Shown here one piece after another: positions 20,175 to 31,003 of a stretch of DNA of 64,000 nucleotides; the stretch's first letter is position 1; every line of letters starts with the position of its first letter. The notes below the pieces were generated by a model. That model was not told the origin of the DNA. It saw only the letters and a program-made list of their open reading frames with translations, and ran no database searches. The position numbers and the translations under genes were made by a program. The DNA comes from an uncultured Methanomicrobiales archaeon. Its GTDB lineage: Archaea; Halobacteriota; Methanomicrobia; Methanomicrobiales; Methanospirillaceae. The stretch covers positions 224,001 to 288,000 of the forward strand of contig CAVWXH010000003.1 of assembly GCA_963758915.1 (NCBI GenBank), written 5' to 3'.

Positions 20175-20306
20175 GCCGCCTGGAATTCCCAACTCTTTTT
20201 ATGTTCTTTGTAAGAGCTGATATAAACGAATAGAGCTCTGCAAGTCGCAAAATACTCGTATCCGGAGGGGAACGGAAGGCACAATGTTCAAATTAAAAAA
20301 AAATAT

Positions 20307-20690
20307 GGCCTTGTTGAAACCCTTCGGTGTCATAAAAAATAAGAGGGAAATATGAAGACAGGAGGGGTTTCACCCCCTCCCTGCCCTACCCCCATTAAGA
20401 TATTCTCCGGGCTGGGTTATCCGAAGGCCCATTAAATTCAGAGTATTTGGGGATGGTCTCTATCCCAACCGGGGTCGCCAGAGCGGCGGGCCGTGAGCCC
20501 CGGGAGCGGGACGAAATTTTGGAATTCCCAATCTGGAAGATATATTTGAGATTGGTTTCCCATGAAAATGACAAAACGGATCCCAGTATATGGAAATTTT
20601 GAACGGGGCATTTTCATAGCCCTGGTGTGAACGTCCTGTTCATGTGTGTTTCTACAGAGCGAAAAAAATATGCAGGGTTTCAATAAAACA
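20307..20690 (-). mobile_element. MITE-like repeat, copy 3 (long form, inverted)
   Basis: Ends ggccttgttgaaaccct / agggtttcaataaaaca form an imperfect TIR; reverse complement aligns with copies 1, 2 and 4. Confidence 0.8.
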
Positions 20691-20704
20691 GATAATTGTA
20701 ATGA

Positions 20705-22141
20705 TTAAATCTCGCCTTTTTTCCCGCCACCACCATTCCCATGTCCTTTATTCGTGCTGTGAGAAGACCTGGTTTTGGGTTTTCTCCTGATAACCAGCAG
20801 TATCACGAGGATTACTATGATAATAATGGCTATGATAAGGCCTGCAGTCAGGAAAATACCAATGTTCAGGTCTTTTTCCATAGAGAGCGTAACGGTTGAC
20901 GAGGTGCTCCCGGGATCGATCCTGGAAGTCATGGTGGCCGGTTTGTAGCCTTTCATCGTTGCCGTAATATTATACTCGGTACTTACCTTGACCTTTGTTG
21001 TAAGTGCCCCATTGTCATCGGTAATTCCCGTATTCCTGCTATTCAGGGAGATCGTCACACCGGGTATCACATGGTAGCTTTCATCTTCAACAAATATGGT
21101 AAGGTCTGCCTGCTGGAACGGCAATTCCACGGTGATGTCCTTACCAAGATCATCCTCCCCGATTTCTCTTCGCAGGGATGAAAATCCGGGATGTTTCACT
21201 TCGAGGATATACTGGCCGGAGGGAAGGTCACGGAACGTGTACTTTCCATACTGGCTTGTGTTACCAAGTGCCTTTCCGTCGATTATTATGGAAGCCCCTG
21301 TTACTGGTGCCTTCGTTTCATCGAACACATATATTGAGGCCTGGTACGGGGCAACCACCATCGACGCGGTGACAACTGCCTCATTATCGCTGATCATCTT
21401 CTTTTCAAAATAATCCGTGAAGCCAGGCCTGGTGATTTTTATATTGTACACTTTATTCCGTGGAATTTCAAGAGACAGGATCCCCTTCCCGTCAGTTTTC
21501 CCCTTGGATACGCCGTCGATGAATACTTCTGCATTTGCGATCGGGGTCTGGTCACCTGCACTTTTTGCGAGTATTGAGAACCTGTCACCCCGGATAAGAA
21601 GGTACTGGATATTTTTTCCTTCCATGCCCATTTCGACAACCTCATTCCGGTTCTGGTAATTGGTTGCCGTGATCTGGATATTGTAAATACTCGCTGCCTG
21701 CGCCGGGAACGTGACTGACCCGTTCTTATCAGTCATTTTTAAAGATTCAGTAATATTCGGCCCCATCACCCGTACCTGTGAATTGGTAATCGGGAGGGCG
21801 CTGTCAGCATCAAAAATATCTATGTTAAGCACCAGTTCCTTTTTCCTGAGCTGAACGAGAACTGAAGATTCTGCCATGCCGACATCATCTTCCCAGGGTT
21901 CATACCCTGGCTTCATCACCTTGACCGTGATCGGACTCGTGCCAGGGTGTGTAAATGTGAAGATGCCATCAGTACCGGTTTTCCCGGCGAGGGCACCGTT
22001 TACAAAGACCGATGCATAGGGTATTGCAGTAACATTGGTTGTCTTTTCAAATACATTCACGTAGAGGGTAGCAGCCTGTGCACCACCGGCGATGAGGAGG
22101 AGACAGAGGACCATGAATATCAGACGGCGGGTAACTTTCAT
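20705..22141 (-). CDS. Secreted, membrane-anchored PEGA/carboxypeptidase-regulatory-like repeat protein
   Basis: Signal peptide; about five beta-sandwich repeats (A.VF.DG...GKTD..G...K.GY); C-terminal TM helix plus basic tail. Confidence 0.8.
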   Translation of the reverse strand: MKVTRRLIFMVLCLLLIAGGAQAATLYVNVFEKTTNVTAIPYASVFVNGALAGKTGTDGIFTFTHPGTSPITVKVMKPGYEPWEDDVGMAESSVLVQLRKKELVLNIDIFDADSALPITNSQVRVMGPNITESLKMTDKNGSVTFPAQAASIYNIQITATNYQNRNEVVEMGMEGKNIQYLLIRGDRFSILAKSAGDQTPIANAEVFIDGVSKGKTDGKGILSLEIPRNKVYNIKITRPGFTDYFEKKMISDNEAVVTASMVVAPYQASIYVFDETKAPVTGASIIIDGKALGNTSQYGKYTFRDLPSGQYILEVKHPGFSSLRREIGEDDLGKDITVELPFQQADLTIFVEDESYHVIPGVTISLNSRNTGITDDNGALTTKVKVSTEYNITATMKGYKPATMTSRIDPGSTSSTVTLSMEKDLNIGIFLTAGLIIAIIIIVILVILLVIRRKPKTRSSHSTNKGHGNGGGGKKGEI

Positions 22142-22244
22142 ACGAATTAATCCCTCGGATTATATTTTTGAGCACATGATTTATATTTTATCTGATTCCA
22201 GACCACAAAATAAGTTTGATCTGTCTCATTCGCATGTATAACCG

Positions 22245-23771
22245 TTACTGCCATTTGTTATCACCAGGCACGCGGTCAATAAGCATTCCCTCGATCACCA
22301 CGGGCATCAGCCTCCTCCCTTCCTCAACCGCCTTCTCAAGTTGCCATTTTCGTTCTGCATAAATGGTAAAAATCGGGTCCCCGGCCTGCATCTTGTTACC
22401 TTTCTTTGCATGGAGAAGGACCCCTGCACCGGCATTCTGCGGTGCACCGGCAAGGCGGGCAATTGTTATCAGAGACTTGTTATTGAAATCGGTAACATAC
22501 CCGGTTGTCTGGGACTTGACGACAAATTCGTATTTCCCGGGTACGATATCAGATGAGGTCACCTTGGGGTCGCCACCCTGGATTTCGATTATCTGGCGTA
22601 ATTTTTCCAGTGCTTTACCATTTCGCAATAGCTCGCCCGCAACATTAAACCCGGTACCAGCAGCGGCCTTCCCCGACATTTCCAGGGCGATCCCTGCAAT
22701 CGCGAGGCTTTTTTGGATTAGCGAACCTGGTTCCTCGTTTCCTTCAAGCGCTTTTAAGGCTTCTATCACTTCAAGGTTCGGACCAATGGCCCGCCCGACA
22801 GGGGACCCACCATACGTAACGGCACATTCCACCCGGATATTGAGCCTGTCACCGATTTCAATAAATTCACGGGCCAGTTTCCGCCCTTCTACAAGGTTCG
22901 CAACTTTTGTATTTGGCCCGACCGGGATATCAATGACTACCAGGTCTGCACCGATGGCTAGTTTTTTAGCCATTACACTGGCGAGCATCTGACCTCTGGC
23001 ATCTATCTTGAACGGGTATTCCTGGACAATAATCTTGTCATCAGCGGGGGCTATATTCGTGGCCCCGCCCCACACAATCGTCCCACCGACCTTCAACGTC
23101 ATCCTCTGGACTTCCGTAGCTGAGAACGCCACGGGTGCGAGGACTTCCATAAGGTCAGCTGTGCCCCCGGCACCGGTAATCGCCCTTGAACTGGTCTTCG
23201 GGATCTTTAGCCCGCTTGCTGCAATTATCGGGACAACAATTAAGGATATTTTATTACCCGGGACACCACCGATTGAATGCTTATCAACAATCGGATGGGT
23301 ATGGAAATCCAGGCGTTCTCCCGTGTCCACCATGGCCCGGGTCAGGTGTTCAACTTCATCCATGTCGAGGGAGTTGATGTAACTTGCAGTGATGTATGCA
23401 GTAAGCTCGGCGGCACTGAGATCATCGGAGACAACGTCCCGGATTATTGCATAGGTCTCCTCCTTCGACAGCCGCTCTCCGTTCATTTTTTTTGTAATAA
23501 ATTCAAGGGACTGTGGCCGTGCTGCTTCCCTGACTTCGAGGGGGACGCCGTCCATGACACAGAGACGATCGTTACAGATCCTGTAGATACCGATGGTCCC
23601 CTGGGGGACAAGTGTCGCTGTAATGTCAACGCCGGCTGCCGCTGAAATACCGGATACTTCATTAAGGACCTGGACGCGGTCCCCGTGGAGGACCCCGAGA
23701 TTCCTCGCATCGGCGGTATTAAGAAGAACACCCCTGTCAGCAATGTCAAGTAACCGTGCTGTTAATTTCAT
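22245..23771 (-). CDS. AMP phosphorylase (thymidine phosphorylase family)
   Basis: [34 protein letters not shown] motifs; archaeal N-terminal extension. Confidence 0.93.
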   Translation of the reverse strand: MKLTARLLDIADRGVLLNTADARNLGVLHGDRVQVLNEVSGISAAAGVDITATLVPQGTIGIYRICNDRLCVMDGVPLEVREAARPQSLEFITKKMNGERLSKEETYAIIRDVVSDDLSAAELTAYITASYINSLDMDEVEHLTRAMVDTGERLDFHTHPIVDKHSIGGVPGNKISLIVVPIIAASGLKIPKTSSRAITGAGGTADLMEVLAPVAFSATEVQRMTLKVGGTIVWGGATNIAPADDKIIVQEYPFKIDARGQMLASVMAKKLAIGADLVVIDIPVGPNTKVANLVEGRKLAREFIEIGDRLNIRVECAVTYGGSPVGRAIGPNLEVIEALKALEGNEEPGSLIQKSLAIAGIALEMSGKAAAGTGFNVAGELLRNGKALEKLRQIIEIQGGDPKVTSSDIVPGKYEFVVKSQTTGYVTDFNNKSLITIARLAGAPQNAGAGVLLHAKKGNKMQAGDPIFTIYAERKWQLEKAVEEGRRLMPVVIEGMLIDRVPGDNKWQ

Positions 23772-24104
23772 TACCCAATCCCTGCCAAGATCTCATACGC
23801 AATGCTCATATTACCTAATGTAGTCTTTGGGTTTTTATACTTCATAAAAGAGACGAGCCTGATAACAAGCATTATTCCGGTTTATTGTATCATCAGGGAG
23901 CTTTTTATAAGGGGATTAAATAGCCCGGATCCACCAGTGGGAGTTCTTCCGCTGGAATACACCCCATGAAAGACCTGTTTTTGTGACACGCCGTACATGC
24001 TGAAAATGGAATTCAGCAACACGGGAAGTCTTATTAAAACTGTGACAGACAGCCAGAAACCTGGCTCACAGGTGGCGGTTTTAAAAAAAAATTAGATGAT
24101 TAGG

Positions 24105-26663
24105 TTAGTGCTTGCGCACTACGAGGAATGCTACAGCTCCGAGACCGATCAATGCAATCAGTGCACCAAATCCAGGCTGAGTTGTCGGCTTGGTGGTTGG
24201 GACTGTTGTCTTAACGGTGGTCGGAACAGGTGTGTTGTTGACCGGTGCAGTGGTGACCACTGTGGTCGGAACGGGTGTTGGTTTGAACTCAACGACATTG
24301 AACAGAGTTGATGCCTGTGCTCCTGATACAGTGATGCTCTGTGCCTGGACGATGTACTCGTCGGGCTTGAATGCAGCTGCATCTACTGGGAAGGACCACT
24401 TGTTCATGCCATCGGTTGCCTTCTGGACCTTTACGGTTCCGGTTGCTCCACTGAATTCACCGCTCTGGGTCTTTGTGGTTGGCTTGAATGACGAGGAAAC
24501 TACCTCAACGAGGAGTTCGTCATCGACTGCAAGGTTGGTGGTTCCCGCAATGGTGAACTTGTCGCCGACCTGCTTCTCGCCTACCGGGAGAACAGTGACT
24601 TTCGGTACTTCGACGAGGAACTGGAGCTTCGCGTAGGTATCATCAACGCTTGGGTTGTTGAGTGCCTGGACGAGTGCTTCTGCTGCGTCAGATCCCTGGA
24701 GGCTGCCTGGGCCCTGTAACTTGAACAGAGTGTTCCCTGAGACCGGGTAGCTGCCTAATACAAGCTCCCTGTTTGCCGATGGATATACATCGTAGATTTC
24801 GTTGTACATCGGGTGCTGTGCAACCACGAAGTACTGACCTGCTGCCATGTCTGCTGTTGTACCCTGGGTGACTTCGTACTCGAAGGTACCGTCAGCGTTG
24901 ACACTGGTTGTGGAGTAGATGACTTTGTTCTTACCCATGATCCAGACTGCGACACCCTGTGTGGGCTGTCCTGCAGCGGTTCCACGGACGAACAGCTTGT
25001 CACCAGCTGCTACTACAGACTGTGAGGCCTGTGCGCTGATGAATGGCTTCCTGATGATGACTGATACGGTTGCATACTGTGCGTTGGAGAGACCGTTCTT
25101 GTCAACGGGCGTTGCAACTGCGTAAACGGTGTAGGTACCTGCATCAATGTTCAGGTTTGCGGTCTGCCACTTGTATTCCCAGGTGTTGTCTTCAAGCACA
25201 TCTGATGGCTGGAAGGTTGATGTAACGCCTGAAACTACTGGCTCACGCGGGTTGGTCATCTGTCCACCGTTTGATGGAAGGTTCGGACCGGTGATGAACA
25301 TGTAGGTGAAGTCAGTCTCTGAGTTTGTCCCGGTGAACTTGACCTCTTCTCCGAGGAAGTAGTTCTGGGTACCGGCTGCCACGACGGTGACTGCGCCCTT
25401 CTCAACCTTGACGTCGACTTCATCGCTCTTGAACTGCCTCTCTGCGCCAGTGTTTGAGGTTGGCGGGTTGTATGGCTCAGGCCGCTCTACACGGATGGTG
25501 TACTTCTTGTCCTTGGTGTCCTTCGTGGTCGAGAACCCGACAGTGCGGGTACCGGAGTTGGACAGAGTGACTGAAGCATAGTAGACTGTACCGTTCACAT
25601 CGGTTACGCCGTAGAACTTGGGTACATCAGACTGGATGGTCTTGGTTGAACCCTGGTAAACGTACTGACCAATTGGCCATGGTCCTGCGACTGGGTCCAT
25701 CTTCACATTGTCCTGTGAGAGAACAATGCTGGGTGGCTGGTCGAGGGTTGAACCTGTCATTGAACCGGTGCCCTTAACCCAGAGGTAGTATGCACTGTTT
25801 GGTTTACCAGTGATGGTAACTGAGAACGGGTTGCCACGTACGACTGAGTCCTTGCTGGCCTCGATCTTTACGGTGTCAGATGCAATGGTAACGGTTTTGA
25901 CTGCAGAGACGGTCTTCCCGGTGTAGTCGTTACCGGATGCGTCCTTGTAGTTGTCTTTCATCCCATTGAGGTTGCAGTCGGTCCAGAATGTGTAGCCGCC
26001 GGACTTGTAAACCCGGTTACCTTCAGATCCCATGATCCCGGTTGCCCACCCTTTTTCGCTGCCAATGACGAGCGGAATGCTGTTCCACATGTATGGCATT
26101 GCATTCGGTGCCTGGTTCAACAGGCTCTGCTGAACGGTAGCACTCTGGAAGAGGCTGGTGTAGACAGTACCGTCGGAGGTCTTGACCTTGATGGTCATGA
26201 ATCCTGCAGTTGTCTGACGTTCTGACGGGATGATGTTCATGTTGGTTTCAATACGGAATACAAGGAAATCTCCTGCGGGAATGCTCTTCCCTGTAACATC
26301 CTTGCCTGACTGCTGGTCGTACACCGAGATGGTCGTTATGGGGTCGTTTACAACAATCCCTACAACGGCGGTGTTTCCAACATACCAGTTTCCGGTGCGG
26401 CTGACGAAATCAGCCGGTGCTACATAGAAACTCTGTGCGTTTCCGACGTTAACTGTTGCTGCCGGGGCACTTACGCCCGGGGTCTGGGTACCGGTATAGT
26501 AGGCCAGGGTTGTCCCTGATGCTATCCCAGTTAAATTAAGGCCCTGTTCACCGATGAATACATTACCACCGGCTGGGATGGTGTTTAAGGCTGCAAGTGC
26601 CGGTACTACCAGAATTGCAAGCGCTACGCACATCATCAGTGCTATGCTTAATCGCTTAGTCAT
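24105..26663 (-). CDS. Major S-layer glycoprotein (Methanomicrobiales type) with PGF-CTERM anchor
   Basis: Signal peptide, VFIGEQGL N-domain, repeated Ig-like domains, Thr/Pro linker, QPGFG-TM-RKH terminus; codon usage typical of high expression. Confidence 0.9.
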   Translation of the reverse strand: MTKRLSIALMMCVALAILVVPALAALNTIPAGGNVFIGEQGLNLTGIASGTTLAYYTGTQTPGVSAPAATVNVGNAQSFYVAPADFVSRTGNWYVGNTAVVGIVVNDPITTISVYDQQSGKDVTGKSIPAGDFLVFRIETNMNIIPSERQTTAGFMTIKVKTSDGTVYTSLFQSATVQQSLLNQAPNAMPYMWNSIPLVIGSEKGWATGIMGSEGNRVYKSGGYTFWTDCNLNGMKDNYKDASGNDYTGKTVSAVKTVTIASDTVKIEASKDSVVRGNPFSVTITGKPNSAYYLWVKGTGSMTGSTLDQPPSIVLSQDNVKMDPVAGPWPIGQYVYQGSTKTIQSDVPKFYGVTDVNGTVYYASVTLSNSGTRTVGFSTTKDTKDKKYTIRVERPEPYNPPTSNTGAERQFKSDEVDVKVEKGAVTVVAAGTQNYFLGEEVKFTGTNSETDFTYMFITGPNLPSNGGQMTNPREPVVSGVTSTFQPSDVLEDNTWEYKWQTANLNIDAGTYTVYAVATPVDKNGLSNAQYATVSVIIRKPFISAQASQSVVAAGDKLFVRGTAAGQPTQGVAVWIMGKNKVIYSTTSVNADGTFEYEVTQGTTADMAAGQYFVVAQHPMYNEIYDVYPSANRELVLGSYPVSGNTLFKLQGPGSLQGSDAAEALVQALNNPSVDDTYAKLQFLVEVPKVTVLPVGEKQVGDKFTIAGTTNLAVDDELLVEVVSSSFKPTTKTQSGEFSGATGTVKVQKATDGMNKWSFPVDAAAFKPDEYIVQAQSITVSGAQASTLFNVVEFKPTPVPTTVVTTAPVNNTPVPTTVKTTVPTTKPTTQPGFGALIALIGLGAVAFLVVRKH

Positions 26664-27090
26664 ATATTTTCCTCCTTACTCAATTGTCCATAGTTCTGTA
26701 CGTTCAATCCAATGCACCCAAACCGGATCAGGTTCGACACCTGTCGATTAACGGTTCACAGTGCTCCATACTCCGAATCACGGAATATGAATCAATATTA
26801 GTGAAACACTTAATATATCCTTTTTGGTTGATCGCAGGGATTATTGTGCGGATGTACGGGGTGCTGGGACAAATCAGTGGGTACACCACCCCTGTTTTCA
26901 TCTTCCCGGGGAACCGGCACACTCTCCTGAGTAATACCGGTGTACCGCAATACCGTTGATATTACGCGCACCTTACCATACACGGTTAAAGAATTAGTAT
27001 CTCCGGAAAATGCCTGTTATAAATTAGAGCAGCCCCGTCTTATTACTGACAGATCGTACCCTATATATAACAAGATCCAACATCTGAAGC

Positions 27091-27811
27091 ATGAGGATTA
27101 TCAGGGCACCAAGTATCTCACGTGCTCACGAGCTCGTGATAAAAATGATACTTGAGAAAGGGTTTCCCCTCGTCACCGAGGAGAATGAGGCAACAATAGA
27201 ATTCGAGGAGGTCGCAATGAAAATTGATAACCCCCTTGCCGGACCATTGGTGAGCCCTGCATCAAGATTCCAGCAGCGATTCATGGAGAAATACGCACAC
27301 GACCTGATCGATGGATCGGATTCTGTATTTGAGTATGATTACCATGGCCGGCTTTTTCACTGGGGGGATCCGTTATCATCCGGGGGGTCACCTGTCGAAG
27401 TAGACCAGGTATCATATATAATTAGTAAACTTTCGTCCGCTTCCCAAAGCCGGAGGGCTCTTGCAATTACATGGAACCCGGTTTCCGATGAAAAACTTGC
27501 GAATTGTCCCTGCCTGCAGCTGGTCCAGTGTATTATCCGGGACAACAAACTCCAGATGAAAGTTGTATTCCGGAGTAACGATATGCTGACGGCAGCCGGG
27601 GCGAATATGTTTGCCCTTGCCCACCTCCAGGAGCACATTGCAAAGCAGCTCGGGGTAACACCCGGGTCCTACACACATATCGCGCTCGTCCCCCACATCT
27701 ATTATAAACGGGACATTAATGACATTGAGTCTGTTCTGCCGCAGGGGAGAGCATATCCGCCCGATACGCGAGGTCTGTGACGCGTGCGGCAAATGCCCGG
27801 GATCGCGGTAG
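27091..27811 (+). CDS. thyA: Archaeal thymidylate synthase (apparent +1 frameshift near 27733)
   Basis: YDYHGRL, SRRA, PCLQ, FRSNDM...GAN, HIY motifs; ORF stops at 27780 but shifted frame gives FCRRGEHIRPIREVCDACGKCPGSR* ending 27811. Confidence 0.88.
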
Positions 27812-27870
27812 CTGAAGAGATTAATCAGTCAGGTTAATTAGTCTTGGGCGGCAACAAAATAGGAGAACAC

Positions 27871-27943
27871 AGCCCGGTAGTGTAGCGGTCAATCATCCGA
27901 GACTCTGGATCTCGGGACAGCAGTTCGAATCTGCTCCGGGCTA
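27871..27943 (+). tRNA. tRNA-Gln(CTG)
   Basis: A1-U72 acceptor AGCCCGG/CCGGGCT typical of archaeal tRNA-Gln; anticodon arm CGAGA-CT-CTG-GA-TCTCG. Confidence 0.95.
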
Positions 27944-28172
27944 CTCTTTTTCGCAGGACAATTTCTTTTCAGCCCGTTGCATGTACAATAAGAGGTTCAG
28001 GTCCAGTCCCTGACCCAACCGGGGTACTTCAGCAGCGGGGTGGAGCCCCGGGAGCGTGGATAGATTTCAGAATAACCGGGACCCATGGTTCAGGTTATAA
28101 CTTTTCAACAGGGGCGGTTTTAGAGGAAAATGAATGATGAAACACCCGTGCCCGGTGCCGGAACTTTGCATG

Positions 28173-28781
28173 TTACTCCCGGACAGGTAAACATAAGATC
28201 GCGGCATGGTCCTGGTGATACGGGTGGAGCCATTTTGTGTCCAGCACGGTGATCCGGGCTGCTTCAAATGCAGCCACCGAGCGTTCAAGTACCACAACCG
28301 GGTCCTCAGCAGTATCAATGCTCCTTGTTTTGAGCATGACCAGCATCCTGCCACCATCCCTGAGGAATACACTGTTCCGTATTGCAATAGTGACCTGTTC
28401 CGGCTGGGCGATATCCTGGTACATAAGGTCTGCAACCTCAAGCAGCGGGGCATACCGCTCCGGTTGGGCTGCATCCGCCATCAGGGGGACCACGTTGTCC
28501 CTCCGGCGGGCAACCGCGACCAGGTCCTGCATAGGCCGTGGTGCAAATTCGATGGCATATACCGTCCCTGCATAATCTGCAACATGGGATACGGTTGTCC
28601 CATTTGCAGCCCCAAGGTACAAAACGACAAGGTCCGGCGTAAGTTCAAACTCCCCGCCAAGATAGTAATATGCCGCGAGTTTGCTCCGGTAGGGGTCCCA
28701 GACGCGGAATTCCTTAAGCATCCGCTCACCGTACACACCCCCTTCTCCCGATGATACCAGCACATTTTCAACCCAGATCAT
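28173..28781 (-). CDS. flpA: Fibrillarin-like rRNA/tRNA 2'-O-methyltransferase
   Basis: GVYGER, WDPYRSKLAA, VLYLGAANGTTVSHVAD, YQDIAQP motifs. Confidence 0.96.
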   Translation of the reverse strand: MIWVENVLVSSGEGGVYGERMLKEFRVWDPYRSKLAAYYYLGGEFELTPDLVVLYLGAANGTTVSHVADYAGTVYAIEFAPRPMQDLVAVARRRDNVVPLMADAAQPERYAPLLEVADLMYQDIAQPEQVTIAIRNSVFLRDGGRMLVMLKTRSIDTAEDPVVVLERSVAAFEAARITVLDTKWLHPYHQDHAAILCLPVRE

Positions 28782-29635
28782 GTAACCCTCCCGGCATTGT
28801 CAACCGCGGCCTGTGCAGCCTCCATAAACTCCGGCGCCAGCTCCTGGCGGTACTGGTCAATACGTGCGGCAATTGCGAGTTTTGCCGCTAACACCCGGGC
28901 CACCTTCCCCCTGACTTCCTTCGGCGCATTGTGGACCCTGCGGTGCTGAAAGATAATCCCGTGTTTCGGCGGCGGAGTACCACCCCTCATGTGCGAGAAC
29001 AGGGCCGTGCGTGCCCCAAGGACCTGTATCGAACTTCCCGGAAGTATTGAGAGTGCTGCAAGGCTCCCTGCCTGTGAAACAAGGCGTGCAGCAACGAGTC
29101 CCCCGAGGAGGGCGCTGCAGTTTGGTACTACTTCATCCGCACGCCGCGACACTTCCTTCATGAGTGCGTTCCGTGCAGCCGCGAGGTTTTCAATTTCATT
29201 GATAATATGGCGGAATGCCGGGCTCCCGCCCCGTTTCATCATCGGCAGCAGTTTCTGCTTCGGAAGGCGCATGTATTTCCTTGAAAAACCCGGGTTGATT
29301 ATCCGGTGCCACTCGAGTGCCCGCTCTGTCAGTACATTGGAGACCTCATCAAGCTGGTCAAGTGTCCGCACCATCTGGAGCAGCTCTGCGTCCCTGCTTT
29401 CGTACTGCCTGGCAATCCCTGCCTCAGAAAGATAAAAGCAGAGCTCCCGTAATTTTCTTATATATTCCCCACGATCGCGGGTGAAACTGCAGCTCCCTGC
29501 CGTTCTCCAGTCAAACGGGACAAAACGGTCAGGAGAGATTTTTATGGTTTCAAGCCGTTTTGCCAGGGCCTCCGGCCCACCCCGGTATGGTGTACACCCA
29601 GTTTCATCTATATCGCCAAACCAGTACGACTGCAT
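28778..29635 (-). CDS. nop5: Nop5 (Nop56/58) box C/D RNP protein
   Basis: PN.SALLG..VAARL, SSIQVLGA..ALF, PPKHGIIFQH, GKVARVLAAK motifs; coupled to flpA. Confidence 0.93.
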   Translation of the reverse strand: MQSYWFGDIDETGCTPYRGGPEALAKRLETIKISPDRFVPFDWRTAGSCSFTRDRGEYIRKLRELCFYLSEAGIARQYESRDAELLQMVRTLDQLDEVSNVLTERALEWHRIINPGFSRKYMRLPKQKLLPMMKRGGSPAFRHIINEIENLAAARNALMKEVSRRADEVVPNCSALLGGLVAARLVSQAGSLAALSILPGSSIQVLGARTALFSHMRGGTPPPKHGIIFQHRRVHNAPKEVRGKVARVLAAKLAIAARIDQYRQELAPEFMEAAQAAVDNAGRVT

Positions 29636-29720
29636 GGAAATAACTGGGTTATTCCCAACTATTATACTAGTGCACATGATCACCCCTGATCAGGACCCGG
29701 AGTCCCGCAAGTATTGCCTT

Positions 29721-30932
29721 TCAGAAAAGACCAATTCCAAATGAATAGAGGATTACCGGCACCATTATCGCCCCCATGCAAAACACCCGGGAAATGTTGA
29801 CCATCCGGGGGATAAAACCCACAAGGATCGCAAGGACAAGGATGAAGAGGCCGAATGGTCCGGCAATAAGGAAGCTAATCAGGACAATAAACCCGATTGC
29901 GGTATAATTCAGCACCGTTCCGTCTACCCCGTTCAGGCGATCGGCATACCCTGACAACCATATCGTCACCGGGTATGCCAGGCAGGCGGCAAGCGCACCC
30001 GATACCAGCAGGGATGCCATGGAAGGTGCTCCGACCGATGAAATGGCAACCATAACGCCGTTCCGCTCTCTGCCGATTGCAAACAGGGCTGCAAGCCCTA
30101 TAATTGCATTTGCCGTGTTTGCTGCACTCGTGGAGAATATATACGCCCTCCTGTCCCGCCTGTAGTCCGTTTTCGAACAGATCACCGCATTTGCGGTCGC
30201 ATTCGAGAGCCCCGGAAGCCAGCCTACGATGGTGCCGGCAATGGTTCCGATAACGGTCCCCTTCCCAATCTCGCTCCGGGTCATCCCTATCCCGCTGAAC
30301 CGCTGTTCCGGCACAGGCCCCCGCGATGAGAACAGGAGCACTGATATACCGAACATTCCGGTCAGCAGGGGCATCAGCACCCCTGATTCTCCCAGCGTGT
30401 GCCACCCGAGAAATGCATACCGGAACGTGAATATCCCAAGAAGGCCTGATATTCCGAAAATTAACAGCGCCCAGCCCGGGGACTCGCTTTCTAGTACCAG
30501 GTACCCGACAACGGCAACAAGTATGATACCCACCCACCAGTCAAGGTAAGGCTGAAGCGGAGGAAGTATGAAGAAGAGGAGGACCGACAGGGGTATCGCC
30601 AGTATGACAGCGCAGGTACTGCCAAGTGCCGCAATCCTGACGGCTTCCTGCCCTTTGCCTTCAAGGCAGAGCATATGAGAGGGGAGGACTGAAAGTGCGG
30701 TATCAGCATCGGGGATGCCAAGAAATGTGCTGGGAATGCTGTCAAGGAACGTATGCGTGATCAACGCGGCAAACATTGCAGCGGCCAGCGCTTCAAGACC
30801 AATGACCGGCAGGAGGAACGCCTGCATCCCGAGCAGGGAGGCCGCAAGCGTATTTGAGTGGACACCGGGAAAAAGCCCGCTGATTATTCCAAGGAACACC
30901 CCTGCCAGCGTACCGGCAATGATCCCAATCAC
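29721..30932 (-). CDS. Tripartite tricarboxylate transporter TctA-family permease (archaeal DUF112 type)
   Basis: SGLFPGVHSN, THTFLDSIPSTFLGIPD..TALSVLPSH motifs; multiple TM helices; GTG start at 30932. Confidence 0.85.
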   Translation of the reverse strand: MIGIIAGTLAGVFLGIISGLFPGVHSNTLAASLLGMQAFLLPVIGLEALAAAMFAALITHTFLDSIPSTFLGIPDADTALSVLPSHMLCLEGKGQEAVRIAALGSTCAVILAIPLSVLLFFILPPLQPYLDWWVGIILVAVVGYLVLESESPGWALLIFGISGLLGIFTFRYAFLGWHTLGESGVLMPLLTGMFGISVLLFSSRGPVPEQRFSGIGMTRSEIGKGTVIGTIAGTIVGWLPGLSNATANAVICSKTDYRRDRRAYIFSTSAANTANAIIGLAALFAIGRERNGVMVAISSVGAPSMASLLVSGALAACLAYPVTIWLSGYADRLNGVDGTVLNYTAIGFIVLISFLIAGPFGLFILVLAILVGFIPRMVNISRVFCMGAIMVPVILYSFGIGLF

Positions 30933-31003
30933 AGGGTACGCTTGGGAAGACCGGGGATAAAGGAATCGAAATACATACTGTGATATATGAGGGGGGTGAT
31001 GAT

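Noticed and set aside
23930-24070. Three short hairpins downstream of the S-layer gene
   Set aside because: Short stems beyond the T-tract terminator, with no nested structure or other support
28125-28172. Box C-like ATGATGA downstream of fibrillarin as a C/D sRNA
   Set aside because: No box D (CTGA) at a suitable distance
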